A DNA stretch of 63,567 nucleotides, filler included, from Chiloscyllium plagiosum (lineage: Eukaryota): the NCBI RefSeq assembly GCF_004010195.1. It is 4 parts of one record of this genome, joined end to end, with 100 filler letters (N's around TTAATTAATTAA, not from the genome) between each part and the next. Parts side by side here need not be neighbours in the genome. Positions count along the whole stretch, not along the records: positions 1 to 31,022 come from NC_057717.1; 3 more parts are not named here. The stretch is one strand, 5' to 3'. The translations under genes and the position numbers were made by a program. The notes beneath the pieces are model-generated. The model saw only the letters and a program-made list of their open reading frames with translations, had not been told where the DNA came from and searched no databases. Shown piece after piece: positions 1 through 12,639 of this stretch. The stretch's first letter is position 1. Each line of letters opens with the position of its first letter.

Positions 1-1810
1 AGCTTTTTCACGCAGAGGGTGGTGTGTGCATGGAATGAGCTGCCAGGGGAAGTGTGGTAGATGTAAGTACATCTACATTTGGACAAACATGTTTAGAGGC
101 ATATGGGCCAAATGCAAGAAGAGATGTCTACTTTTGTTTGGAATACCTGGCCAGCATGGACAAATTAGGCCAAAGGTCTGTTTGTGCACGATATGGCTGT
201 ATGAATCCATGAACCGAGGAAAAGGGAAGAAAATATATGATTTAAGTAAATTGGTAAGAAATGTAAAAACAAGCAACTCGAGCGTTTCCGAGTATTAATA
301 AACACGTTCAAGATGAGTGTGTGACTTTTGGAGAAATGACATCTGGCAAGTATGTTTAGGATATTCGGAGGGTGCGACTGGGCAACTGGCTACTGGGAAC
401 AGGCAGATAATTTACACCAGTATTTTGCAACATTCCCCACAGGGGAAGGCACTGTAGGCATTTCAATAATATAAACAAAATGGTGATTGGAGGGAAATGT
501 TTCTAACACAAGGAACCGGTTATTAACAGACAGATAACACTAAAGGTAGACAGGACAGCAGTAATTCATAGCTGGTTTCAAAAGAAGTGGTCACAGAGTG
601 ACTGGTAGCACTGTGTGAAATATTCCATAACTCTCTGCATTGCAGGAGTGTTCCAGCGAAACTGGAGACCCTCTGATGTGGTGTTTGTCTTCAAGAAAGC
701 AGTGAGATGGAAAGCAGGAACCATATGGCCAAACCATTATTGCTGGCAATCTGCGAGAGTCTGTTATTAAGGAAGGAATTGCAGGGCATTTAGAAAAGCT
801 TCTCAAGAGTAGGCATGGTCTTGTGAAAGGGGAACAATATTTTGTCTGTAAAATCATGCAAAGTTTTTCTGGAGATCCCTGAGAATGTAACAAGCGGACT
901 TGGTAAAGGGGAACTATTAGATACGAGGCTTTCCAGAGAATTTCCACAAGGTATCACAAAATAAAGATTCTTGCACAAGACAGGAGTTCACAGAATGATG
1001 GATACGGTATTAGCATGGAATGATGATTGGTTAACACATAGAAATGGGAGAGTCAGGAGTAATCGATCTTTATGATAAAATGTATCTACTGGCGTACCAC
1101 AAATATTACTTCGATGGTATCAGTTATTTACAATCTACACTGATAGCCTGACGGTGGGAGCTGGGTGGAATAGAACAGCCGAGTTTGAGGATGACACTGA
1201 GAACTAAAAGGCAGGCCGTTATTAAATGAAAAGGACTCCCAAAAAAGGAACAGTGTGAAGGTATTGGCGTATTCCTGTTTCTGAAAGATAAAGTCAGCTT
1301 GCTGATGCAGCAAGTAACTAGGTTGGTACATTCGGCGGGTTGCTGGGATGAAAGGGTTGAATGATTGAGACCATCTAAAATGGTGGGATGATTATCATTG
1401 TGGATGAAATGAATGCGGGTGATATTACTGAAATGTGCAAGATACAGAGGAGGATTGAAATGGTAGATGTTGAGAATATGGTTCCACACGAAGGCAGAGT
1501 CTCGAACTCGGGGACCTAGATACAGAATAAGTGATATTGATTTGAAACTGAGATGCAAAAAAAACGGTCTTCTTTCAGAAATTAGTGAATTGCTGGAATT
1601 CCCTAACCCAGAGAGGCTGGATCACTGAATGTATTTACCGACGGGGTAGATTGGTTTTTGACACATCAGCGAATTGAGGGATACAAGGGGTTCGCAGGAA
1701 AGTGGAGTTGAGCCGTGGTGTAGATCAGCCATGTTCTTATTGAATGACAGCGCAGGCTTGAGGGGCCGAATAGCCTGCTCCTGATCCTATTTCTTATGTC
1801 CCCATGTTAT
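1..1810 (+). mobile_element. CR1 LINE remnants: 3' end fragment (1-~220) followed by an older, heavily decayed ORF2/3' region
   Basis: Decayed CR1 ORF2-like text (TTCAAGAAAG, AGGCATGGTCTTGTGAAAGG) and a CR1-type 3' end near 1750-1810; boundaries approximate. Confidence 0.7.
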
Positions 1811-2559
1811 TCCTTTGAAAAGTAACTGTTTGTTTTCCTGAAAGTCGTGCTGTATTCTGTTGTATTCATGGAGAGCAGAAGATTTGTCCGAGTTAACCCT
1901 GGATAGGATATGGGGGCTGTATTCACAGTGAATCTGGGTCTGTAACATGACTCACATCTGGATCAGAAGTTACAGAGAGGGAAAGACTGGAAAGAGAGAT
2001 TGGGGTGGGGTCACTTCCTGTCCAGACTGGATTTTCCATGTACATTTCCGAAACTACACCTAACCATTGGAGTGGCCTTGGTCTGCACCTGTGTAACAGG
2101 TGCAAAGAGCTGAATGGAACATCAGAACACAGAACGGAGGGACACAAGGGGGCCATTCGGCACTTTGACACTATTTCACTAGTAAATAAGATCGTGGGTC
2201 ATCTCATTGTGGTCCCAGCTGCACTTTTGTCTCCATGCACCATTATCAATGATTCACTTGGACGAAGTCAGGCTCGCCTAAATGTAAAGATTCATCCATC
2301 ACAAACCTCTGGGAAGAGAATTCCCACTTGAATGAAATCCCACTTTGTGAATTTCTCATAATTCCTGTTCTGACTGAGGTTGCAGGTTGTCACTGTTTCC
2401 TTTTCTCGTCCCACTCCTCCACTGCTCACACCAAATTTTAAACGTAAGCAGGTTGATGAAAAGGTCGACAATAAAGATCTCAGTCAGAGTCAGATTCAGT
2501 GATAGGAACAAGTCAGGCAGATTTCTTTAGTCAGTCACACGTAATAGAACTAACGGAGG

Positions 2560-2800
2560 AGCATGGTGGACATGTGGTTCATACTGCTGACTCACATCAC
2601 CAAGGAGCTGACCTCAATTCCAACCTCACACAACTCTGTGGGGAGATTGACCATTCTCCCCGTGTCTGTGCAGATGTCTTCCCCGTGCTCCAGTTTCCTC
2701 CCAAAGTCCAGAGAGGTGCAGCCTAGGGTGGATTGGGCAGGCTAGATTGCCCATAGTGTCCAGGGATGTGTGGGTCAGTCATTGGAAATATAAGATTACA
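2560..2800 (+). mobile_element. HE1-like tRNA-derived SINE, degenerate
   Basis: CATTCTCCCCGTGTCTGTG...CTCCAGTTTCCTCCC core shared with the intact SINE copies at 3226 and 55421. Confidence 0.65.
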
Positions 2801-3225
2801 TTGATCCACAAGGCTGTCCCGCAGGCCCATTGTGTCAGCATGCTCCTGCCCCACTGTACTTATTTCCTCCTACCTTGATTCCGTCCTTACTCCTCTGGTT
2901 CACCCCCTCCCCACCTACATCTGGGATTTCTCTGATGCCGTGCGACACATTGATAGCTTTCAATTCGCACGCCCTAACCACCTTCTATTCACCATGGACG
3001 TGCAATCTCTTTACACCACCATCCCACACAAGATGGCTTGAAAGCTCTTCGCTTTTTTCTCGAAAAGAGGTGCGAACCATTTCTATCCACCACCACTTTC
3101 TTCTGCCTGGCTGAACTTGTTCTCTCTCTCAACAACTTCTCCTTCAACTCATCCCATCATTTTCTCCAACTCAAAGGTGTAGCAATGGGTACCCGCATGG
3201 GTCCTAACTATGCTTGCCCTTTCAT

Positions 3226-3546
3226 GTTTTTTTTAGATTACATTACATTACAGTGTGGAAACAGGCCCTTCGGCCAAACAAGTCCACACCGACCCGCCGA
3301 AGCGAAACCCACCCATACCCCTACATTTACCCCTTACCTAACACTACGGGCAATTTAGTACGGCCAATTCACCTGACCATGCACATCTTTGGACTGTGGG
3401 AGGAAACCGGAGCACCCAGAGGAAACCCACGCAGAAACGGGGAGAACGTGCAAACTCCACACAGTCAGTCGCCTGAGGCGGGAATTGAACCAGGGTCTCT
3501 GGCGCTGTGAGGCAGCAGTGCTAACCACTGTGCCACCGTGCCGCCC
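3226..3546 (-). mobile_element. HE1-like SINE, full length, young
   Basis: tRNA-like head GGGCGGCACGGTGGCACAGTGGTTAGCACTGCTGCCTCACAGCGCCAGAGACCCTGGTTCAATTCC with A/B boxes; CR1-type tail; near-identical to 55421-55741. Confidence 0.9.
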
Positions 3547-4244
3547 ATATTTCTTGTTCCAGGTCTAGCCAGGTCCCCACCCACAACTGCCTTATCCGTA
3601 TATCGATGACTATTTCGGTGTGCCTTCATGCTCTCGTCCTGACCTGGGAAAAAATCATAAACTTCGCTTCCAGTTTCCATCCCTCCATCACCTTCACCTG
3701 GTCCATCTCCGACAATTGCGTTACTTTCAGTGAACTTTTTGTCCCCGTTCCCGGCAATAGTCTATCCACTAATATCCATTACAAGCCCACTGACTCCCAC
3801 AGCTAGCTGGACTACAGCTCTTCTCACCCTACATCCTGTAAAGACTCTATCCCTTTCTCTCAGCACCTTCACTTCCGTTGCATTTGTTCTGATGAGACCA
3901 CTTTCCAAAATGCTCCTTCTTCTCCAGCCTTGGATTCCCACCTACAGTTGTTGACAGGACTATCGACAGTGTGCAGTCCATCTCCCATGCCAGGATCCTC
4001 ATCCTCTCCCTCCCCTCTCAGAACAAGGATAGGGTCCCTCTTGTTCTCACCTTTCACCCCACCAGCCTTCACATGCAAAGAATAATCCTCCGCCATTTTC
4101 GCCAAATTGAACACGATGCCAACACTAAACACATCTTCCCTTCCCTCTCCTGTCTGCATTCCGCAGAGACCGTTCCCTCTGGGACAACCTAGTCCACTCC
4201 TCCATCACATCTAACAACTCTCCCATCACACACGGCCCCTTCCC

Positions 4245-4637
4245 GTGCAATCCCACGCAATCCCATGCAACACCTGCCCTTTTACCTCTTCCATGCCCAC
4301 CATCGGAGGCCCCAAACACTCATTTCAGATTAGGCAGCGTTTCACTTGTGCCTCTTTCAATTTGGTCTATTACATTCGTTGCTCCCAATGTGGTCTCCTC
4401 TATATCGGGGAGACAAAACGCCGACTGGGTAATCGCTTTGCTGAGCACCTTCGGTCTGTACGCAATCAGGTCCCGGACCTTCCCGTGGCTTGCCACTTTA
4501 ACACACAATCCTGCTCCCATGCCCACATGTCTGTCCTTGGCCTGCTGCAATGTTCCAGTGAAGCTCAACGCAAACTGGAGGAACAGCATCTCATCTTCCG
4601 ACGAGGCACGTTACAGCCTGCCGGTCTCAATATTTAA
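4245..4637 (+). pseudogene. GIY-YIG endonuclease domain of the Penelope element
   Basis: FTCASFNLVYYIRCSQCGLLYIGETKRRLGNRFAEHLRSV...EEQHLIFRRGTLQPAGLN. Confidence 0.88.
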
Positions 4638-5577
4638 TTCAACAACTTCAGATGATTATCCCATCTCGACCCCTCTGTCTTCATTCTGCTCCGTAATTTT
4701 ACTTCATCTTCTTAAAATATTTTTTTCACTGTTCTGTACCTCTTATTTCTTGATTGCCTCTCTTTCTCTCGCTCTTTACTCTCTCATCACCTTTGTCCTC
4801 TCCTCTTCTCCCTTTGCTACCCTTCTCCCTTGTTTTTCATTTTGCCTCTGCTTCGCTCAACCTCCCATCCCCCACATAATTTGTCACATTGTACTGGCTT
4901 CAGCCTTGGTCATCCACAGCTCCTAATCTCTCTATAATCTTTCTATGCACTGTCATTATCACGTCTGTATTGCTATCTTTGCTTCTGGAGCCATGACTCA
5001 CCTTCCCCATTCCTGAAGAAGGGATTATGCCCGAAACGTCGACTCTCCTGTTCCTTTGATGCTGCCTGACCGGCTGCGCTTTTCCAGTAACACATTTAAG
5101 CTCTGATCTCCAGCATCTACAGTCCTCACTTTCACTTTCTCATAGCCTTGTATAACTACCTTCCTATTTCTCCTTTCTTTAGCTTTGACAAACTGTCAGT
5201 TAGACTCGAAACGTCAGCTTTTTTCTCTCCTTACAGATGCTGCCAGATCTGTTGAGATTTTCCAGCATTTTCCCTTTTGGTTTCTCTCCCTTCCTGACTG
5301 TCTACTGAAACAGTATCCAGGTAACTCTCTCCCTCCCTGATATCTCACAATGTTTTAAGCTCAGACTCCCACCGTTCAACTCTGACCTGGAGTTATTCCA
5401 GCAACCAACATTTCCTCCAGACATGGTCATGAGGATCTACAACTGCGTCTACCAGCTCCCACATGATGCAGACACAGCACATCACCCGACACGCTATCCT
5501 TACTTTATTTAGCTAGTTCTGATCTTTTAAAAAAATGACTGTATTTCTATCTATGCTTATGCAAGTTGTAAACAAAA

Positions 5578-7380
5578 GAGTCACAGAGTTATCGAGATGT
5601 ACAACATGGAAACAGATCCTTCGGTGCAACTCGTCCATGCTGACCAGATATCCCACCTGAATGTTGTCCCACCTGCCAGCACCCGGTCCATGTCCCTCAT
5701 CACACTTCCAGATAACTTTTAAATGTTGCAGTTGTACCAGCCTCAAACACTTCCGCTGGCTGCTCATTCCATACACGTACCACCCTCTGCGTGAAAACGT
5801 TTCCCCTCTCACCATAAACCTACGCCCTCTACTTCTGGACTCCCCACTTCAGGGAAATTATTTTGCCTATTTATACAATCCATTCCCCTCATAATTTTAT
5901 AAACCTTTATAACGTCCCCCCTCAGTCTCCGAAACTCCAGGAAAAACAGCCCGAGCCTATTCGACCTCTCCTTATAGCTCAAATCCTCCAACCCTGGCAA
6001 CATCCTTGTAAATCTTTTCTGAATCATTTCAAGATTCACAACATCTTTCCGATAGGATTGAGACCAGAATTGCATGCAATATTCCAACGGTGGCCTAACC
6101 AATGTCTTGTACACCTAGTTAAATAAAGTAAGGATGGCGTGTCAGGTGATGCGCTGTGTCTGCATCATGTGGGAGCTGGTAGGCGCAGTTCTAGATCCAC
6201 GTGACCGCCCAACTCCAATACTTAATGCTCTGACCAATAAAGGAATGCATACCAAACGCCTTCTTCACTATCCTATCTATCTGTGACTCCATTTTCAAGG
6301 AGCTATGAATCTGCACTCCAAAGTCCCTTTGCTCAGCAATACTCCCTTGGACCTTACCATTAAGTAGATATGTCCTGCTAAGATTTGCTTTCCCAAAATA
6401 CAGCATCTCACACTTATCTAAATTAAACGCTATCTGCCACATCTCAGCCGATTGGTTCATTTGATCAAGATCGTGTTGTAACCTGAGGTAACCTTCTTCC
6501 CTGTCCACTACTTTTTGGCATCATCAGCAAACTAACTAACTGACCTCTTATGCTCACATCCAAATGACTTAACAAAATTCAATTTAATGTAGATTGATTT
6601 TTAGCAGAGTCCCTATTAGCGAATCAAATCACAGACCTCTCTGGTCAAACCTGCTCATTATCTTCTGAAAGATTTCTGACAGAAATGTCACGCAGGATTG
6701 CTCTTTGATGAAACCATGCTGACTCAGCCGTATTTTACCATACAACTCCAACTGCTCTGCAATCACATTGTTAATAATGAACTCTAAACCCTACTAATGT
6801 CCGATGTCAGACTAACTGGCTTATGATTTCTTGTCTTTTGCATTCCTTCTTTCCTTGAACACAGATTTTATATTATGCATTTTCCAGTTCTCTGGGACTC
6901 TCCCTGACGACAGTTATTTCTGAAAATTCACCACCAGTATCTCCACAATCTCCTACGCTATTTCCTTCAGAAAGTTTGGTTGTTATCCTGCCAGCCTGTG
7001 TAATTTATCAATCTTCAAACATTGCAGCTTCCACAGTACGTTCTCCTCAGCATCGATCACTACACGCAACTTTCGCCCTTGACTCTTTTGAAGGTTTGGA
7101 ATGCTCCTAGTGTCTAACATTGTGAGAATTGATGCAAAGAACCTGTTCAGTTCATCCTCCATTTCTTTGTTCTCCATTTCCCTGTGGCCAGCCTCATTTT
7201 CTACTTCTTGAATGTTCACTTTTCTTCTTGTCCTTTTATATATCTTAACAAAACTCCCGCAGTCTCCTTTTCGAGATCGAGCTAGCTTATATGTTTCAAT
7301 TCACCACTTCATTGTTTTTTTTAATTGTCTTCTGCAGCTGTATAAAGGCTTCCCAATCTTACACAGACTGTATGAGAGTA
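5578..7380 (-). mobile_element. CR1 LINE ORF2/3' fragment, decayed
   Basis: Minus-strand ORFs LVRPPLEYCMQFWSQSYRKD, RLRGDVIKVYKIMRGMD and LQHDLDQMNQSAEMWQIAFNLDKC. Confidence 0.88.
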
Positions 7381-8249
7381 TTCCAGTAAGCATTTAAATA
7401 TAATAAACGTATTGTCCATCATTGGGTGGCACAGCACTGCTGCCTCAGAGCGCCAGGGACCTGGGTTCAATTCCAATCTGTGGAGTTGTGCAATCTCCCC
7501 GTGTCTGCATTGGAAGCATTCACTTTCTTTTTGTCTCTCCACAGTGTGTCTCTGTGTTAGTTTCAGAATTTTGCCATCGACAGTATTTTTTGATTTTGTT
7601 TAATTGCGAAATGCAGCATATGCGACTGGTTTGTCATAAAAGCGGCCGTGGTGCTCTGGCTCCCCGGGGGTTTAGGAATCTTGCCCGGCCACTTTTGTGA
7701 GTGAAGTGTCATGGATATCAACTCCATTTCTCTCAGTCCCTCAGTCCATCCGTGAATGCATGTAGCTTTTCCTTGTGCCACTCCTGGGACTCCCCAGCAC
7801 CCCAAGCTTGGCACTGGATGCTCCCTGTGCAGGACAGTGCACACAAAGACATTGGACACTTTCAGACCCACGAGGGATGCTGCGTAAAGATTCTGCTATT
7901 AAAGGGAACAGAAAAGCTAAATTCCCATTGAACAGCAAAGCAGAGTAAAGGGGCTGAATGGCATCCATCTGCTCTGATACTTCCTGGTCTTTTGGACTCA
8001 TTTCTGTTTATCCCTGTCCATTTGCAAATAGATGGCCCGCATGTATATGTATCAAATAGGTTTGGTGGCGATGATCGATATCAGATCTACTTGTCATTGG
8101 ACTCATTCAGTGGACTCCACTTTCCTGGTTAATGAAGTCACACTTCAGTTTTTATTATCAAGTCTATCGATTTTAAAAAAGAAAATGACTTGCCAGCGTT
8201 ATGCTGAAGAATATTTGAATTTTGGAAAGACGAGGCTCTGCCACGTGCA

Positions 8250-9565
8250 AGTGAGGTTAGAAATAGGAAGGCAGTAAATTAAATACATGACCAAAGGGCG
8301 GATAGAAGAGGCAACCCTTCCGAAATGTGGATCATTGGGAGTTCCGGCTCAGTATGTAATACACAAGAAGGACAAGATGGACCTGAACTGGCAGCAAAAT
8401 CTTGGCAGGCAGGTTTGCTATTGACACTCAGGAGTGTTTAAACTGGTGTCGTCGCGGCTGGGGGGCGGAGGGGGGATTTGGAGTGGGAACCAAAGCAGTT
8501 GGTCCACAATACAGTTACTGAGGAGGAATTGGAGACTGACACCAGTGCAGCTAAGAACAACAACAAACAGGCAGAGGGGATTGAACACAATGGGACTGGC
8601 AGTCTGAAGAATGATTAGTTGAACGTGAGGAATCTGGCAGGTAAGAACTTGGAGCTTGTGTGAGTAAATATTCCAGAGATTTCATTGAGAGAGGGACAAG
8701 AGATCAGTCAATCTAGTGGGTCCGGAGAGAATTGCCAAATATGCAGTGAGTGGCTGGAGATAGTTGTTTAAAGTAAAATAACTATCCAACACTTTATCGA
8801 AATCGGAAAGGGTGTGATGCAATGTACTGATTAAAATGACAAAGGAGGAAACTGGAATTGTCTGTTTACATTATTTTCTGCGTTACTGATAGTCTTTTGT
8901 AATCTCCTGTCACCGGAAAATAGAAGCAGAGAATTTCCATCAGGGAGTGTCAAACCAGATACCAGGTCAGTACCTGATGCGTTCAGCTGAAGTGTGTTTA
9001 TTTCAATGCAAGGATTGTTATTGGTAAACAGATGAATTTAGAGCCTGAATCTGTAATGGGACTACGATGTTGCAAATATTATCGCGACTTGGTTCAGTGA
9101 AGGACCGGACTGGTTTCTCAACTTTCCAGGGTTTTATTGTTTTGGATGAGATAGAGGGGAAGGTAAAAGAGGGGGAGGAGTTGCATTACTAATCGGGGAG
9201 AATATTACATCTGCACTTAGACAGGGCGTACTGGGGGCTCATCCACTGAGGCAACATCAGTAGAGCTCAAAAATAAGATAGATGCAAGTACTGTGTTAGG
9301 ATTATACTGTTGTCCCTCCAACAGCAACCGAGAGATTGAGGAACAAATATGGAGGCCGATTATGGAAACGTGCATTAAAAACAGAGTTGCCATAGTGAGT
9401 GACTTTTAACATCCCCAATATTGACTGGGGGTCCCTTAGAACAAGAGACTTACATCGAGTAGAATTTGTTATGTGCATCCAAGAGAGTTTATTGCAGCGG
9501 TAAGTGGATAGTCTAACAACAGGAGAGGCCATACTGGACCTTCAATTATATATTGAGCTTGACCA
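8250..9565 (+). mobile_element. Old CR1 fragment (ORF1 end and APE endonuclease), cut by a younger CR1
   Basis: Decayed endonuclease text (GGGGGAGGAGTTGCATTACTAATC, GACTTTTAACATCCCCAATATTGACTGG, GAGGCCATACTGGACC). Confidence 0.7.
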
Positions 9566-12500
9566 CATAGAACATAGAACATAGAACATTGAGCAACACA
9601 GCACAGAACAGGCCCTTCGGCCCACGATGTTGTGCCGAACATTTGTCCTAGCTTAAGCACCCATCCATGTACCTATCCAATTGCCGCTTAACGGTCGCCA
9701 ATGATTCTGACTCTGCCACTCCCACAGGCAGCACATTCCATGCCCCCACCACGCTGTGTAAAGAACCTACCCCTGACATCCCTCCTATATCTTCCACTCT
9801 TCACCTTAAATTTATGTCCCCTTGTAACACTCTGTTGTACGCGGGGAAAATGTTTCTGACTGTCTACTCTATCTCTTCCTCTGATCATCTTATAAACCTC
9901 TATCAAGTCACCCCTCATCCTTCGCCGTTCCAATGAGAAAAGGCCTAGCACTCTCAGCCTATACTCGTACGACGTATTCTCCATTCCAGGCAACATCCTT
10001 GTAAATCTTCTATGCACCCTCTCCAAAGCTTCCACATCTCTCCTAAAGTGAGGCGACCAGAACTGCACACAGTACTCCAAATGTGGCCTAACCAAGGTCC
10101 TCTACAGCTGCAACATCACTTCACGACTCTTGAAATCAATCCCTCTGCTAATGAACGCTAATACACCATAGGCCTTCTTACAAGCTCTATCCACCTGAGT
10201 GGCAACTTTCAAACATCTATAAACATAGACCCCAAGATCCCTCTGCTCCTCCACCTTAACAAGAACCCTACCGTTAACCCTGTATTCCGCATTCTTATTT
10301 GTGCTTCCAAAATGGACACCCTCACACTTAACAGGGTTGAACTCCATCTGCCATTCCTCAGCCCAGCTCTGCATCATATCTAAGTCTCTTTGCAGCCGAT
10401 AACAGGCCTCCTCACTATCCACAACACCACCAATCTTCGTATCATCTGCAAATTTACTGACCCACCCTTCGACTCCCTCATCTAAGTCATTAATAAAAAT
10501 TACAAACAGGAGAGGACCCAGAACTGATCCCTGCGGAACTCCACTTGTAACTGCTCTCCAGGCAGAATATTTACCATCTACCACCACTCTCTGACTGCGA
10601 CCGGTTAGCCAGTTTTCTGTCCAACTTGCCAAATTTCCCTCTATCCCATGCCTCCTGACTTTCCGCATAAGCCTACTATGGGGAACCTTATCAAATGCCT
10701 TACTAAAATTCATGTACACTACATCCACTACTCTACCCTCATCCACATGCTTGGTCACTTCCTCAAAGAATTCAATAAGACTTGTAAGGCAAGACCTACC
10801 CTTCACAAATCCGTGCTGGCTGTCCCTAATCAAGCAGTGTCTTTCCAGATACTCATAAATCCTATCCCTCAGTACCCTTTCTGTTACTTTGCCTACCACC
10901 GAAGTAAGACTAACTGGCCTGTAATACCCGGGGTTATCCCTATTCCCTTTTTTGAACAGGGGCACAACATTCAGTCCAGTCCTCTGGCACCCACCCCCGT
11001 TGACAGGGAAGACGAAAAGATCATTGCCAACGGCTCTGCAATTTCCTCTCTTGCTTCCCACATAATCCTAGGATATATCCTGTCAGGCCCGGGGGACTTG
11101 TCTATCCTCAAGTTGTTCAAAATGCCCAACACATCTTCCTTCCTAACAAGTATCTCTTCTAGCTTACCAGTCCGTTTCACACTCTCCTCTTCAACAATAC
11201 GGTCCATCTTGTTTGTAAATACTGAAGAAAAGTACTCATTCAAGACCTTTCCTATCTCTTCCGACTCAATACACAGTCTCCCACTATTGTCCTTGATCGG
11301 ACCTACCCTCGTTCTCGTCATTCTCATGTTTCTCATATACGCAAGGGGTTATCCTTGATCCTACCCGCCAAAGATTTTTCATGCCCTCTCTTCGGTCTCC
11401 TAATCCCTTTCTTCAGCTCCCTTCTGGCTATCCTGTATCCCTCCAACGGCTCTGTCTGAACCTTGTTTCCTCAACTTTATGTAAGCCTCCTTCTTCCTCT
11501 TTACAAGACATCCAACGTCCCTCGTCAACCAAGTTTCCCTCACACGACCATCTCTTTCCTGCCTGACAGGTGCATACATATCAAGGACACGTCGTAGCTG
11601 TTCCTTGAAAAAGTTCCACATTTCCACGACATCCTTCCCTGACAGCCTATGCTCCCAACTTATGCTCCTCAGATCCTGTCTTGCAGCATCGTATTTACCC
11701 CTCCCCCAATTGTAAAACCTACCCTGTTGCACGCATCTATCTCTCTCCATAACCAAGGTGAAAGTCACAGAATTGTGGTCACCATCACCAAAATGTTCGC
11801 CAAATAACAAGCCCATCACTTGTCTCGTTTCGTTACCAAGTACCAAATCCAATATGGCCTCCCCTATGGTCGGAAAATCCACATACTGAGTTAGAAAAGC
11901 TTCTTGGACACACTGCACAAATACCGCCCCATTCAATCTACTTGATCTAAAGAGCTTCCAATCAATATTTGGGAAGTTGAAATCGCCTATGACTACTACC
12001 CTTTGGCTTCTGCACCTTTCCAAAATCTGTTTCCCAATCTGGTTCTCCACATCTCTGCTGCTACTGGGGGCCTATAGTAAACACCCAACAAGGTGACTGC
12101 TCCTTTCCTCTTTCTGACTTCAGCCGATACTACCTCCAAAGGCAGATCCCCCTTAAACTGCAATTCTGCAGCTGTTATACCATTTCTAATTAGCAACGCC
12201 ACCCCCTCCATTTTTATCACCCTCCCTAATCTTACTGAAACATCTGTAACCAGGAACCTCCAACAACCATTCCTGTCCCTCTTCTATCCACGTTTCCGTG
12301 ATGGCCACAACATCGTAGTCCCAGATACCAATCCACGCCTTAAATTCACCCACCTTATTTCTGATACTCCTTGCGTTGAAGTATACACACTTGAACCCAT
12401 CTCTGTGTCCGCAAGTATTCCCTGTCAGTGATGCCTTCTCCACAGCCTCCCTACATTCTTGGACATCCTGACAAACAGCTAGCCTACTTGCTGGACTATG

Positions 12501-12630
12501 AGTCCATATCCCATTCCCCTGCTAAATTAGTTTAAACCCCCAGAAGAGTGCTAGCAAACCTACCTCTCAGAATATTGGTGCCCTTCTGGTTCAGGTGCAA
12601 CCCGTCCTGCTTGTACAGGTCCCACCTTCC
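9566..12630 (-). mobile_element. Relatively young CR1 LINE, about 3.1 kb, 5'-truncated in ORF1, ORF2 broken by frameshifts
   Basis: (CATAGAA)n tail at 9566-9590; APE motifs YFNARSI, VIGDFNFPNIDW and GDGDHN; RT motifs YRPVSLTSVVGK, GVPQGSVLGPLLF and FADDTK. Confidence 0.95.
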
Positions 12631-12639
12631 TTCACACTG

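Larger units (their letters stand above)
2810..5135 (+). mobile_element. Penelope-like element (RT + GIY-YIG endonuclease), 5'-truncated, frameshifted, interrupted by a SINE
   Basis: RT motifs LFTMDVQSLYTTIPH, FLQLKGVAMGTRMGPNYA and YIDD (~3600); GIY-YIG motif in ORF 4245-4637; pyrimidine-rich tail with hammerhead-like motif near 5012. Confidence 0.9.

Noticed and set aside
3470..3546. tRNA-like sequence with A/B boxes (also ~55665-55741)
   Set aside because: SINE head, not a tRNA gene
4348..4926. 192-aa hydrophobic ORF resembling a membrane protein
   Set aside because: Alternative frame of the Penelope end running into a CT-rich tail
10648..11358. 236-aa plus-strand ORF and similar ORFs
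   Set aside because: Antisense frame of CR1 ORF2
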